Shown here in pieces: positions 43,954 to 51,966 of a stretch of 64,000 nucleotides of DNA. Every line of letters starts with the position of its first letter. The stretch's first letter is position 1. The notes under the pieces were generated by a model. The model was not told where the DNA came from and did no database searches. It saw only the letters and a program-made list of their open reading frames with translations. The DNA comes from Methanobacteriota archaeon (GTDB lineage: Archaea; Thermoplasmatota; Poseidoniia; Poseidoniales; Poseidoniaceae), in the NCBI GenBank assembly GCA_018650165.1, contig JABIGM010000041.1, positions 22,229-86,228 on the forward strand, given 5' to 3'. Position numbers and translations under genes: made by a program.

Positions 43954-45732
43954 ATGCGAGTCGCAGTTCTGAAGGAAGACAATTGTCAACCAAAGAAATG
44001 TATGGATGAGTGTATGACATTCTGTCCACCTGTCCGTAATGGCCAAGAATGCGTTGTAATGGATGACTCCACTGGTAAACCCCACATTTCAGAGTCGTTG
44101 TGTATCGGATGTGGAATCTGTGTTAACAAATGCCCGCACGATGCTCTAATCATCACTCAATTACCCTCTGAATTGGAAAGTGATATGATTCACAGGTACT
44201 CTCTTAACGGCTTTCGATTATTCCGCTTACCTACGCCATCGAAAGAGTCTGTTGTAGGAATTTTAGGTCCAAACGGGATGGGTAAATCTACGGCATTCAA
44301 TATTCTAAGCGGCTCGGTAATACCAAACCTAGGGAATTTCGAAGCTGATGAAGTTTGGTGGGAAGATGTAATTGAAAGTCTACCTCGTGGAGAATTACGT
44401 GATTTCTTAATCAGTGTAAGTGAATCCGAAATCAAAGTGGCATTGAAACCACAATATGTTGATCATATTCCTAAAGCTGTTAAAGGAAAGGTGGGGCAAC
44501 TTCTTTCTTCAGTTGATGAGAAAGGAATTTATCTCGAAATGGTAGAAAAATTAGGTCTAGACCACCTGTTGGAAAGGGATTTAGATCAATTGTCAGGAGG
44601 AGAATTGCAAAGAGTTGCCATCTGTGCAACTCTAATGAAAGACGCAGATGTTTATTTCTTCGACGAACCATCTTCTTATCTTGATATCTATGAGCGTATG
44701 CGCATTGTTAGAATCATCCAGGAACTTGCCGAAACTTCGAGAGTAATTGTAATTGAACACGATTTGGCAGTTTTGGATGTTCTAGCAGATCTGATTCATA
44801 TTGTCTATGGCAGGAAAGGAGCATTTGGTATATTCACTCCAGCTCGTTCTACTCGCCAGGCAATAAATGCATACCTAGACGGTTTCCTTGTTGAACAAAA
44901 TGTCCGTATTAGAGACAAACCGATTAAATTTCAGACCCATACAGACCGGTCTAATGAATTAGGAAACCCTGTTGTTTCCTGGGGCGGACTTGAGAAGAAA
45001 TTAGGTGATTTTCATCTTTCTACAGGGGATGGAAAGGTACACCAAACTGAAGTTGTGGGGGTAGTTGGACCTAATGGAACTGGCAAATCTACCATGGTTA
45101 AGATTCTTGCTGGTGAATACGAATATGATGGCGGGTGGGTAACTGCGGACGCCACAGTTTCTTACAAACCACAACATATTGACACAGATATGGATTGCAC
45201 AGTCCAAACTTGGCTAGATGCCGAAGTTGGCCCTCGATGGCGAGGGGGGGAATTCAATGTCAACGTGATTCGTGCGTTAGGTGTTGATGAATTACTTGCT
45301 AAGATGGTGAACAATCTTTCAGGAGGAGAAGCACAATCTGTTGCAATAGCCATATGCCTGGGCAAAGAAGCAGATTTGTACCTACTTGACGAGCCTAGTG
45401 CCCATCTTGATGCTAATATGCGTATGGAAACCGCAAAAGCAATTCGTAGAACAATGGAGTCTAATGAAAAAGCAGCATTCGTGATAGACCATGATGTATA
45501 CTTCATCGATATCGTATCTGATTCACTTCTTGTGTTTGAGGGTGAAGGCGGTAAGCAAGGAAAAGCCGAAGGCCCATTCAAATTGAGAGAAGGAATGAAC
45601 CGATTCCTTGGTGGAGTTGATGTAACATTCAGGAGAGACCATGATTCTAAAAGGCCTAGAATCAACAAATCAGCAAGTCGTAAAGATCGTGAACAACGCA
45701 ACAAAGGGGACTTCTACTCCTTTGATTCATGA
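43954..45732 (+). CDS. abce1: ABCE1 (RNase L inhibitor homolog; ribosome recycling ATPase)
   Basis: N-terminal 4Fe-4S ferredoxin motifs (CQPKKCMDECMTFCP, CIGCGICVNKCP). Two ABC cassettes with GPNGMGKST/GPNGTGKST and LSGGELQR/LSGGEAQ. Confidence 0.95.
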   Translation: MRVAVLKEDNCQPKKCMDECMTFCPPVRNGQECVVMDDSTGKPHISESLCIGCGICVNKCPHDALIITQLPSELESDMIHRYSLNGFRLFRLPTPSKESVVGILGPNGMGKSTAFNILSGSVIPNLGNFEADEVWWEDVIESLPRGELRDFLISVSESEIKVALKPQYVDHIPKAVKGKVGQLLSSVDEKGIYLEMVEKLGLDHLLERDLDQLSGGELQRVAICATLMKDADVYFFDEPSSYLDIYERMRIVRIIQELAETSRVIVIEHDLAVLDVLADLIHIVYGRKGAFGIFTPARSTRQAINAYLDGFLVEQNVRIRDKPIKFQTHTDRSNELGNPVVSWGGLEKKLGDFHLSTGDGKVHQTEVVGVVGPNGTGKSTMVKILAGEYEYDGGWVTADATVSYKPQHIDTDMDCTVQTWLDAEVGPRWRGGEFNVNVIRALGVDELLAKMVNNLSGGEAQSVAIAICLGKEADLYLLDEPSAHLDANMRMETAKAIRRTMESNEKAAFVIDHDVYFIDIVSDSLLVFEGEGGKQGKAEGPFKLREGMNRFLGGVDVTFRRDHDSKRPRINKSASRKDREQRNKGDFYSFDS

Positions 45733-45740
45733 GGTGAAAT

Positions 45741-47345
45741 ATGCCAGCCCAGGTCCCTCCAGAAGCACAATCCATCGGGATGGCTCGCGGCCGATTATCG
45801 GCATCTTCTCTTACAACATTTCTTCGTTGTGAAAAGCAATGGTTTCTGAACTACCGAATTGGATTGCGAGGCCCACTTTCACCACACCAAGTAATGGGTA
45901 TCGAAGTCGAAGATGCATTTTGTTCAATTTTGATGCACCGCCCTCCTGCTGTAGATGATTTAGATGGACTAAAACAGTGGCTATTTGGCTTGGTCGAGAA
46001 ACAAGCAAAAGATGCTATTTCAAAAGGCCGGGAAATCTTTAGTGATGCTTTATGGTCAGATGGTGATTTTGAAGAATCATTTAATCTTGACTTGGTCTCA
46101 CAGATGCTTAGGAATGGAATTCTATTACAATTAGAGGAAGTTAAGGCATGCTTTGAAGCAGGTGGCGGGGATTTCGATTTTGGAATACCAGCTCCTTGTT
46201 GGGACCGACCACCTCACTATACACAACCAAACAAAACCAATAGTATGGTTGCATGGAAAGACGAAAAACATGAATTCAGTGAAACTATTACTTGGCAAGA
46301 TGCATGGGAAATCGCTAGGCCTTGGGTAAAAGACCCGAGGAATCCAGAACCACAAAGGATGTACCATCGAGATAGATGGGCGGCTGGTGAATGTGATCTG
46401 GTTCTACGCTGGGACGGGAATGTAAGAATTATCGATATAAAAATGGGCGACGGAGGCGGTAAATTTGCGTCAAGCCTTGATTCACAATTGAATTTCTATG
46501 CATGGCTTTGGAATGAAACCCATGACACCACTTGTGCTGGCTTAGAAGGATGGTACCTAACCAATGGTTTACGTAAAGTGGTTGAAGTAAGTCCTCTTCC
46601 CACATCCCAGTATAGAGAAACATATGACCGAATGAAATCTTGGAATACTGATAACAAACTTCCTTTGGAATCTCCATGCGACGGAGAAGCAGGTGGATGT
46701 CATTGGTGTGCTGTATCAGAGGTCCCGTATGATTCACCAGAGATTACAATGCCGTGTGAGCCTCTATCTTCTATTCCTTCACGTGTCAATGTCAAAGGTA
46801 AATTGCAAGGCGCTTGGGGCCCACTTCCCAATCACTATGGTGAGCCGGTTCTAGGTGCAATGATCAAATCTGGAGACAAAATGATTACGCTAGAGGAAAG
46901 CCAACCAGGCGCATATCCTGCCATGCATGATTCTTCACAAGACGACGTCATAATAACCGGAGCGCTACCTGGTGTTTGGCGTCGCCAACCGCGACTATAT
47001 TTAGATGAACAGAGTTCTATTGTGCTCGAATCAGATGCGGAATTAACTCGGATGGGAATGCTACGTGCCAAGGCAAATATCGAGGGGGTGGTTCTGTGCT
47101 GCTCAAAGCGAGATGGAAAGCGAGCTGATGGAAGGCCATGGTCGATGATGTCGTTCCATATATGGGACGGTGAACGCGTTGCCGAAGTAGTAGCATTTGG
47201 TTCAGCCATCAACGGTACAATGCTTTCTATTAGACCTGGAATGGTCACAAAACTGACTTCTGTAGAATTGGGCTGGAGAGAAGGATTAGTTCAACTCAGA
47301 ATAGATTCTAGAACAACAAGAATCGAAATCAAATCGAAGGCTTGA
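45741..47345 (+). CDS. Cas4/AddB-type PD-(D/E)XK nuclease domain fused to two OB-fold-like barrels (paralog 1)
   Basis: RLSASSLTTFLRCEKQW, GIEVEDAF, GECDLV, IIDIKMG, QLNFYAWLW and the Cys triad CDGEAGGCHWC. The C-terminal half is beta-rich with an OB-like pattern. SD GAGGTGA precedes the ATG, 8 nt after the ABCE1 stop. Confidence 0.65.
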   Translation: MPAQVPPEAQSIGMARGRLSASSLTTFLRCEKQWFLNYRIGLRGPLSPHQVMGIEVEDAFCSILMHRPPAVDDLDGLKQWLFGLVEKQAKDAISKGREIFSDALWSDGDFEESFNLDLVSQMLRNGILLQLEEVKACFEAGGGDFDFGIPAPCWDRPPHYTQPNKTNSMVAWKDEKHEFSETITWQDAWEIARPWVKDPRNPEPQRMYHRDRWAAGECDLVLRWDGNVRIIDIKMGDGGGKFASSLDSQLNFYAWLWNETHDTTCAGLEGWYLTNGLRKVVEVSPLPTSQYRETYDRMKSWNTDNKLPLESPCDGEAGGCHWCAVSEVPYDSPEITMPCEPLSSIPSRVNVKGKLQGAWGPLPNHYGEPVLGAMIKSGDKMITLEESQPGAYPAMHDSSQDDVIITGALPGVWRRQPRLYLDEQSSIVLESDAELTRMGMLRAKANIEGVVLCCSKRDGKRADGRPWSMMSFHIWDGERVAEVVAFGSAINGTMLSIRPGMVTKLTSVELGWREGLVQLRIDSRTTRIEIKSKA

Positions 47346-47373
47346 ATAGACTCCAAGGCGGGCTTGTGGAGTC

Positions 47374-49140
47374 ATGCCAGTGCAGATTGCAGATGCCGAG
47401 TCCGATAATATCGGACCTTTCAATCGATTATCAGCCTCGCAGGCTAACACTTGGGACGATTGTCCCCGGCTTTGGTGGTACCAAAATAAGATGCGACTCA
47501 AATTCCCGCAAACCCCCCCTCTCTTTCTGGGAAGGGCAGTTGAGGAATGTGTTTGTAGGGTATTGATGGAATCTCCTGGTATTGTATTCAACACAGCACC
47601 TGCAGATGTCTTATCCAAGGGTGCCGACCACTTATTGCCACTTCTAGACAATGAGTTGCCTTCCGACTTCATGGCTTGGTGTGCCTCAAGAGTAGATGCG
47701 CATTGGCCAGGTATCAGAGATGCAATGCATGCAGAATGGAGTAAAGATGCACGTAAATCCGGAAATTGGCATGAATATTCTATGGACACATACCGTGACA
47801 TGTGTGTAACAGCACTCGGTATGCACATGGATGAAGTAACAGAGTGTAAGGACACAGTTTCTCAAGAGGAGTTAACCCAATGGCGTGATGGAGACCGACC
47901 AACAATTCCTGCTCCGGATGGGCGAAAGAATACGGGTCCACATCCATTGGCCAATTCAGGCGACTGCACACTCGTAGAGGCTTGGGAAATCGCTAGGCCT
48001 TGGTTTGTTGACCCGGATGCCCCACAGTTCTCACTGAATGTTATTCACCCCGAACATTGGTTCCAAGGAGAGTACGATCTAGTCTACCGAAATGGAGGTA
48101 AAATTAGAATCATGGATCTCAAAGCGAGCCGAGGCGGTGGTGACCGTAGTGGTAATTATGTTGAGCAGTTGCGCATTTATGCAATGCTTTGGTCGATAAC
48201 ACATAATGGTCAAATTCCTGATGCTCTAGAGGTTTGGTATGCTGGAGTGAATGTAAGAAAGGTGATTCAACCGCCAAGCTCCCAAGAAATAGAATCTCTA
48301 GAATCGAAATTAAGCGATTTATGGCAAGAAATCAAAGGTAGTGAAATTACAATCGATGACTGTCCTCCAATTCCGCGACCGGTACGTGGCTACTCCGAGG
48401 GTGGAGTAAAGATAGACGATCCCGAAGAACCACGCTGTTCTACTTGTGACTGGGCTAGTTTGTGTCCAAACGGTACTGGTGATGATGATTTACCAGACGG
48501 AGGCCAGCATCAACCTCCTGGCGATATCAAGGTCTACGAACTGACTCCCTTCGGCAAACTAAAACCGCGTGTCAATATTTTCTGCGAGGTATTTAGCGTA
48601 ACTCAAGTACCCGAAAAACCACCGAACCTCACGATTCAACAAGACGGTGGATTTGCTTTTGTCCGTATAATGGTTGGTGAAAGTGAAGGGGAACTTACAT
48701 ACCCTGCTGAGTTGGAAAAAGGTGACAAATTACGCTTGATAGGAGTTGTTCCTTCGACAAATTGGAAAGGTGAATTACAACTCAAAGTAGATCCACATGC
48801 GCGCATCGAGAAAGCATCTGAAGCAGAAGATGGCGATATTGGATTATTTGAATTCCAGGCTAGATGGAATGTTGTGGGCAGAATTGCGTATACCACTTAC
48901 AAATCTGGAGTTTCAAAGAATGGTAAACCTTGGGCGCGTAAAGGAATAGTTCTACTTGATGAGAGTGGAAGAATTGCTGTTGAAGGTTGGGATAACGCAT
49001 GGCCTAGTATCTTCAATACACTCAAGCAAGGTGATGAAATCGCAGTACTGAACACCTCCTTAGATGCTTGGGCTATCGATGTAAAGGCTAATCTAGAGAA
49101 AGGTAGTACATTACATGTAATTTCCAGAGCTGATGATTGA
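47374..49140 (+). CDS. Cas4/AddB-type PD-(D/E)XK nuclease domain fused to two OB-fold-like barrels (paralog 2)
   Basis: RLSASQANTWDDCPRLWWY, GRAVEECV, GEYDLV, IMDLKAS, QLRIYAMLW and the canonical CSTCDWASLC (CX2CX5C). C-terminal KPWARKGIVLLDESGRIAVEGWDNAW...QGDEIAVLNTSL resembles an RPA-type OB fold. Confidence 0.65.
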   Translation: MPVQIADAESDNIGPFNRLSASQANTWDDCPRLWWYQNKMRLKFPQTPPLFLGRAVEECVCRVLMESPGIVFNTAPADVLSKGADHLLPLLDNELPSDFMAWCASRVDAHWPGIRDAMHAEWSKDARKSGNWHEYSMDTYRDMCVTALGMHMDEVTECKDTVSQEELTQWRDGDRPTIPAPDGRKNTGPHPLANSGDCTLVEAWEIARPWFVDPDAPQFSLNVIHPEHWFQGEYDLVYRNGGKIRIMDLKASRGGGDRSGNYVEQLRIYAMLWSITHNGQIPDALEVWYAGVNVRKVIQPPSSQEIESLESKLSDLWQEIKGSEITIDDCPPIPRPVRGYSEGGVKIDDPEEPRCSTCDWASLCPNGTGDDDLPDGGQHQPPGDIKVYELTPFGKLKPRVNIFCEVFSVTQVPEKPPNLTIQQDGGFAFVRIMVGESEGELTYPAELEKGDKLRLIGVVPSTNWKGELQLKVDPHARIEKASEAEDGDIGLFEFQARWNVVGRIAYTTYKSGVSKNGKPWARKGIVLLDESGRIAVEGWDNAWPSIFNTLKQGDEIAVLNTSLDAWAIDVKANLEKGSTLHVISRADD

Positions 49141-49175
49141 ATCAGTTCGTAAATAGGCCAAAAATAGTGAGCGCC

Positions 49176-49225
49176 GGTTTGTTCAATCTCAGATTGACAA
49201 ACCTAGCCAACAATCTACGATTGTT
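49176..49225. terminator. Two consecutive hairpins between the nuclease gene and the convergent tRNA, sharing a CAATC-N3-GATTG core
   Basis: Hairpin 1 is ggtttgttcaatc-TCA-gattgacaaacc (12 bp, one bulge, 49176-49203). Hairpin 2 is aacaatc-TAC-gattgtt (49209-49225). Both were read directly. A bidirectional terminator role is inferred from position. Confidence 0.45.
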
Positions 49226-49228
49226 AGG

Positions 49229-49311
49229 CGCCGAGAGGGGGATTTGAACTCCCGCGTCCAGGGGACAGTGGATTTCGAATCCACCGCAATACCAGGCTAT
49301 GCGATCTCGGC
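49229..49311 (-). tRNA. tRNA-Ser (anticodon CGA), type II with long variable arm
   Basis: Manual fold of the reverse complement: acceptor GCCGAGA/TCTCGGC, anticodon stem GTGGA/TCCAC with loop TTCGAAA (CGA), variable arm GTCC-CCT-GGAC, T-loop GTTCAAATC and discriminator G. CC (not CCA) follows. There is one A-C mismatch in the T stem. Confidence 0.88.
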
Positions 49312-49367
49312 TTGTATTCCGCCCACCTACAAGACCGTCATAAGCGTGATGTCACTGGGGTGGACTG

Positions 49368-49568
49368 ATGAAGGTCGCACTGAAGGGGCACGGGCATGAT
49401 CATGTCATAGAATTAGATGCAGGCTCAACTGTGAAGCAAGCATTGGATATTGTAGGAATACACCCCTCTACAGTCATTGTCAGCCATGAAGATACAGTGC
49501 TACCGCATACTACCATTTTGAACGGAGATGTTGCACTGGATTTGACAATCGTCAGTTCAGGCGGCTAA
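49368..49568 (+). CDS. ThiS/MoaD/SAMP-family ubiquitin-like beta-grasp protein with C-terminal Gly-Gly
   Basis: 66 aa ending in VSSGG, with the same length and pattern as ThiS (G.TV..L......V.VN...V......L.DGD.I.L...V.GG). SD GGGGTGGA is upstream. Confidence 0.75.
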   Translation: MKVALKGHGHDHVIELDAGSTVKQALDIVGIHPSTVIVSHEDTVLPHTTILNGDVALDLTIVSSGG

Positions 49569-50306
49569 TCACATGTAAATGGAGTCTGGAGACTCCGAAA
49601 GTTCTGAAACCAAATCATCGGCTTTTTGTGGGTGAATCTCTTTCAGTTTGGCTGCAAGTCTAGCAGTTGCATCAATTGGAACTGGTAATGGAAGACTCCA
49701 CCATTTGCGAATGGTCTCCAATAAAAATTGGGCAGCTACGGGGTCTGCAGAATTGCCTACAGTTGTGGCAATCGTACAGGAGGTCTTGACATTCTTTATC
49801 GGCCCAATGGCTGTGATTAAGGCAGCCATTCCAATTACTCCAGCCTTTGGCTCATCTCTACGTACATCGACTCCCATGGATTCTAATTCAATTCTATAAC
49901 TCGATGAACTTGTAATTGAGAATACTTCTTTTCTCTGTGCTTCTGCAGACATTCCCGCTAATACCAGAACTTCTCCACCCTCAAATAATTCGAGGACAGT
50001 TACTGCCAACTCATGTTGGCCTTCAGGAGTCATAGGTTGTGCATCACCGGTTAGAGTGAATACTTCTTTTCCATCAATTTCAACTCGTGAAAGAAGAATA
50101 TGTGGAGGGACTAGTAATCCATTTTCATCTAATCTAGCAAGTGGGGGTAAAGTTGGATGGAGAATACGAGCTATTGGTTCTGCATCTAATTCTGTGTTGA
50201 CTGCATCAATAGCCAACTTACCGACGTCGCCAACCCCCGGCATGGCAACAATCAGTAAGTTGCCATGCGTTTGGGGCTGCGAAATCCAGTCGATTAGTGC
50301 ACCCAT
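49569..50306 (-). CDS. PAC2-family proteasome assembly chaperone-like protein
   Basis: LLIVAMPGVGDVGKLA is a typical PAC2-family N-terminal motif. It occupies the conserved archaeal position after nop10. The probable start is ATG 50306; the ORF to 50405 would overlap nop10. Confidence 0.6.
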   Translation of the reverse strand: MGALIDWISQPQTHGNLLIVAMPGVGDVGKLAIDAVNTELDAEPIARILHPTLPPLARLDENGLLVPPHILLSRVEIDGKEVFTLTGDAQPMTPEGQHELAVTVLELFEGGEVLVLAGMSAEAQRKEVFSITSSSSYRIELESMGVDVRRDEPKAGVIGMAALITAIGPIKNVKTSCTIATTVGNSADPVAAQFLLETIRKWWSLPLPVPIDATARLAAKLKEIHPQKADDLVSELSESPDSIYM

Positions 50307-50346
50307 GAAAGAGCCAACGGCTTTCGACGCGGTATAATGATTCGCA

Positions 50347-50559
50347 TCATTCTTCTTCGCCTGAGGCCAATGTAGGGAGTGAATTAGGCCAACCGCTTTC
50401 TTCAACTCCTTCGAGTTGGCGTCTTAAGTGAGCACGCTTATCCTCAGGTGACCACTTCATAGGCGCAGCAGCTTGGGCCACTCCTCCACACTTAGGGCAT
50501 GTAGTAGAAAGGCAATGAGTTGCACAATCGTTGCATTTCTGCATAAGTTGCCGTGCCAC
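50347..50559 (-). CDS. nop10: H/ACA RNP protein Nop10
   Basis: Zinc ribbon CNDC...CPKCGG, then PMKWSPEDKRAHLRR. It lies immediately downstream of aIF2-alpha, as in many archaea. Confidence 0.85.
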   Translation of the reverse strand: MARQLMQKCNDCATHCLSTTCPKCGGVAQAAAPMKWSPEDKRAHLRRQLEGVEESGWPNSLPTLASGEEE

Positions 50560-50560
50560 T

Positions 50561-51352
50561 TCATTCCCTCTCAGATTCTGCAGTTCCGCCTGCTGCGACT
50601 ACGACATCAATGCATGCTGAAGTAGCATTGTTCCAACCATCTTCAGCGGTTTTGAAATCGGGTGCTTTCAATTCGATACGATATGACGGAGCACCGTCGT
50701 AGTAGCAACTAACTTCCAATTCGGCCTTTTCATCAGAAATGCTTTCTGCAGCAACAAGTGCCTCTCGAATAACTTCGATGCCTTCTGCTTGCTCAACATT
50801 TAGAATAAAGCGCCCACGTATCTCGACGGTATCTGGAATAATGTTCTTAATTGCAATCTCGATGAAAGGTGCGATCCAATCACCTTCAAAACCAACTTCT
50901 GCTAGAGATTCAGGTTTTGTTGCAGCTTCCTCAAATGCTCCATACAGTGTTGCATATGATTCGGTCAACTCCAATTGAGTTTCTGCCAATTCTGCATCTG
51001 ACCACCCGACTTGTTCTGCTAGAACCTTCAGAAGTTGCTTTGCCCTTTCTTCGTTCTTCCATTCTGCAAGTCGGTCTCTCTTTCGCTCTTCATTTACAGA
51101 CTTAAGAGATAGTTCGAGTGAATTCTTATCCTTACGTGCACGCATTACCTTACAGATTAAACGCTGACCTGGACGGACGAAAGCACGAATGTTTTTGATC
51201 CATCCACTAGCGATTTCACCAATAAAAATGAATCCTTCAATTCCTTTGTACTCTTCTAAATCGACATATGCGCCGTTCTGTTTTACTTCACGTACAAGAA
51301 CAACAACAAGTTCGCCTTCTGAAGGTCCACCTTCTAAGAGATTCTTTGCCAT
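50561..51352 (-). CDS. eif2a: Translation initiation factor aIF2 alpha subunit
   Basis: N-terminal S1 domain (GELVVVLVREVKQNGAYVDLEEYKGIEGFIFIGEI), followed by helical and alpha-beta domains. It sits in the conserved L44e-S27e-aIF2a-Nop10 order. Confidence 0.92.
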   Translation of the reverse strand: MAKNLLEGGPSEGELVVVLVREVKQNGAYVDLEEYKGIEGFIFIGEIASGWIKNIRAFVRPGQRLICKVMRARKDKNSLELSLKSVNEERKRDRLAEWKNEERAKQLLKVLAEQVGWSDAELAETQLELTESYATLYGAFEEAATKPESLAEVGFEGDWIAPFIEIAIKNIIPDTVEIRGRFILNVEQAEGIEVIREALVAAESISDEKAELEVSCYYDGAPSYRIELKAPDFKTAEDGWNNATSACIDVVVAAGGTAESERE

Positions 51353-51369
51353 GGAGGTCTAGCCTCCAA

Positions 51370-51540
51370 TCACTCAAGGGTTTCTACGACATTGCAGCCG
51401 ACCAACTGAGCCTTGCCACCAGCTGGATTTGTTAGAGTAGCACCACATACTGCACAAGAAATGGCAGTAGTAGCACGAGAGAACACAATACTTTCATTCG
51501 AGCAATCACGGCATGAAACCTTTAGGAATTTTGCAGACAT
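51370..51540 (-). CDS. rps27e: 30S ribosomal protein S27e (eS27); 56 aa, below the ORF-track cutoff
   Basis: Manual translation gives MSAKFLKVSCRDCSNESIVFSRATTAISCAVCGATLTNPAGGKAQLVGCNVVETLE, with the C4 zinc ribbon intact. SD GAGGTGA lies 5 nt upstream. Confidence 0.9.
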   Translation of the reverse strand: MSAKFLKVSCRDCSNESIVFSRATTAISCAVCGATLTNPAGGKAQLVGCNVVETLE

Positions 51541-51550
51541 TTTATTCACC

Positions 51551-51835
51551 TCAGTTATCGACTAATTCGAATTTCTTTGCACGCTGGCAAGGAGCATAGT
51601 GCGCCTTTCCAGTCTCAGTACAGCGGAAAAGGATGTTAACGCGCTTGGTTGGCTTCTCTCTACCATCAGGTTTTGGACGTGGGAAACCACGGTATCCAGC
51701 CATGACTCGGCGGAAACGTCGCTGACCCCACTTTAATTCACTAGCGCGCTTCTTCTTTACGCGCTCGATTGTGTGCATGGTATGCTTACCTGCACTAGGA
51801 CTGTATCGCTTGACTTGTCGTGGCATCTTTACCAT
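51551..51835 (-). CDS. rpl44e: 50S ribosomal protein L44e (eL42), zinc-ribbon cysteines largely lost
   Basis: MVKMPRQVKRY...KPTKRVNILFRCTETGKAH...RAKKFEL aligns to L44e. SD AAGGTGA is upstream. It reads YSPSAGKH where other L44e have YCPxCxxH. Confidence 0.9.
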   Translation of the reverse strand: MVKMPRQVKRYSPSAGKHTMHTIERVKKKRASELKWGQRRFRRVMAGYRGFPRPKPDGREKPTKRVNILFRCTETGKAHYAPCQRAKKFELVDN

Positions 51836-51966
51836 AGTCTCACCTTGAGCATTCGGCCCACATGCGTCCTCTATTTAGTGGTGACGGAATCACCAAAACC
51901 CCGAATCAGCCCACTGAATGCAAGATTACCGGTGATGTTCATAAATCAGGGTGTCGCCGTCAGGTT

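Noticed and set aside
45733-49311. Possible genomic island integrated at the 3' end of tRNA-Ser and carrying the two nuclease genes
   Set aside because: There is no integrase or recombinase. I could find no direct repeat of the tRNA 3' end at the ABCE1 side, where only 8 nt separate ABCE1 from the first gene. SD usage and codon style look like the flanking core genes.
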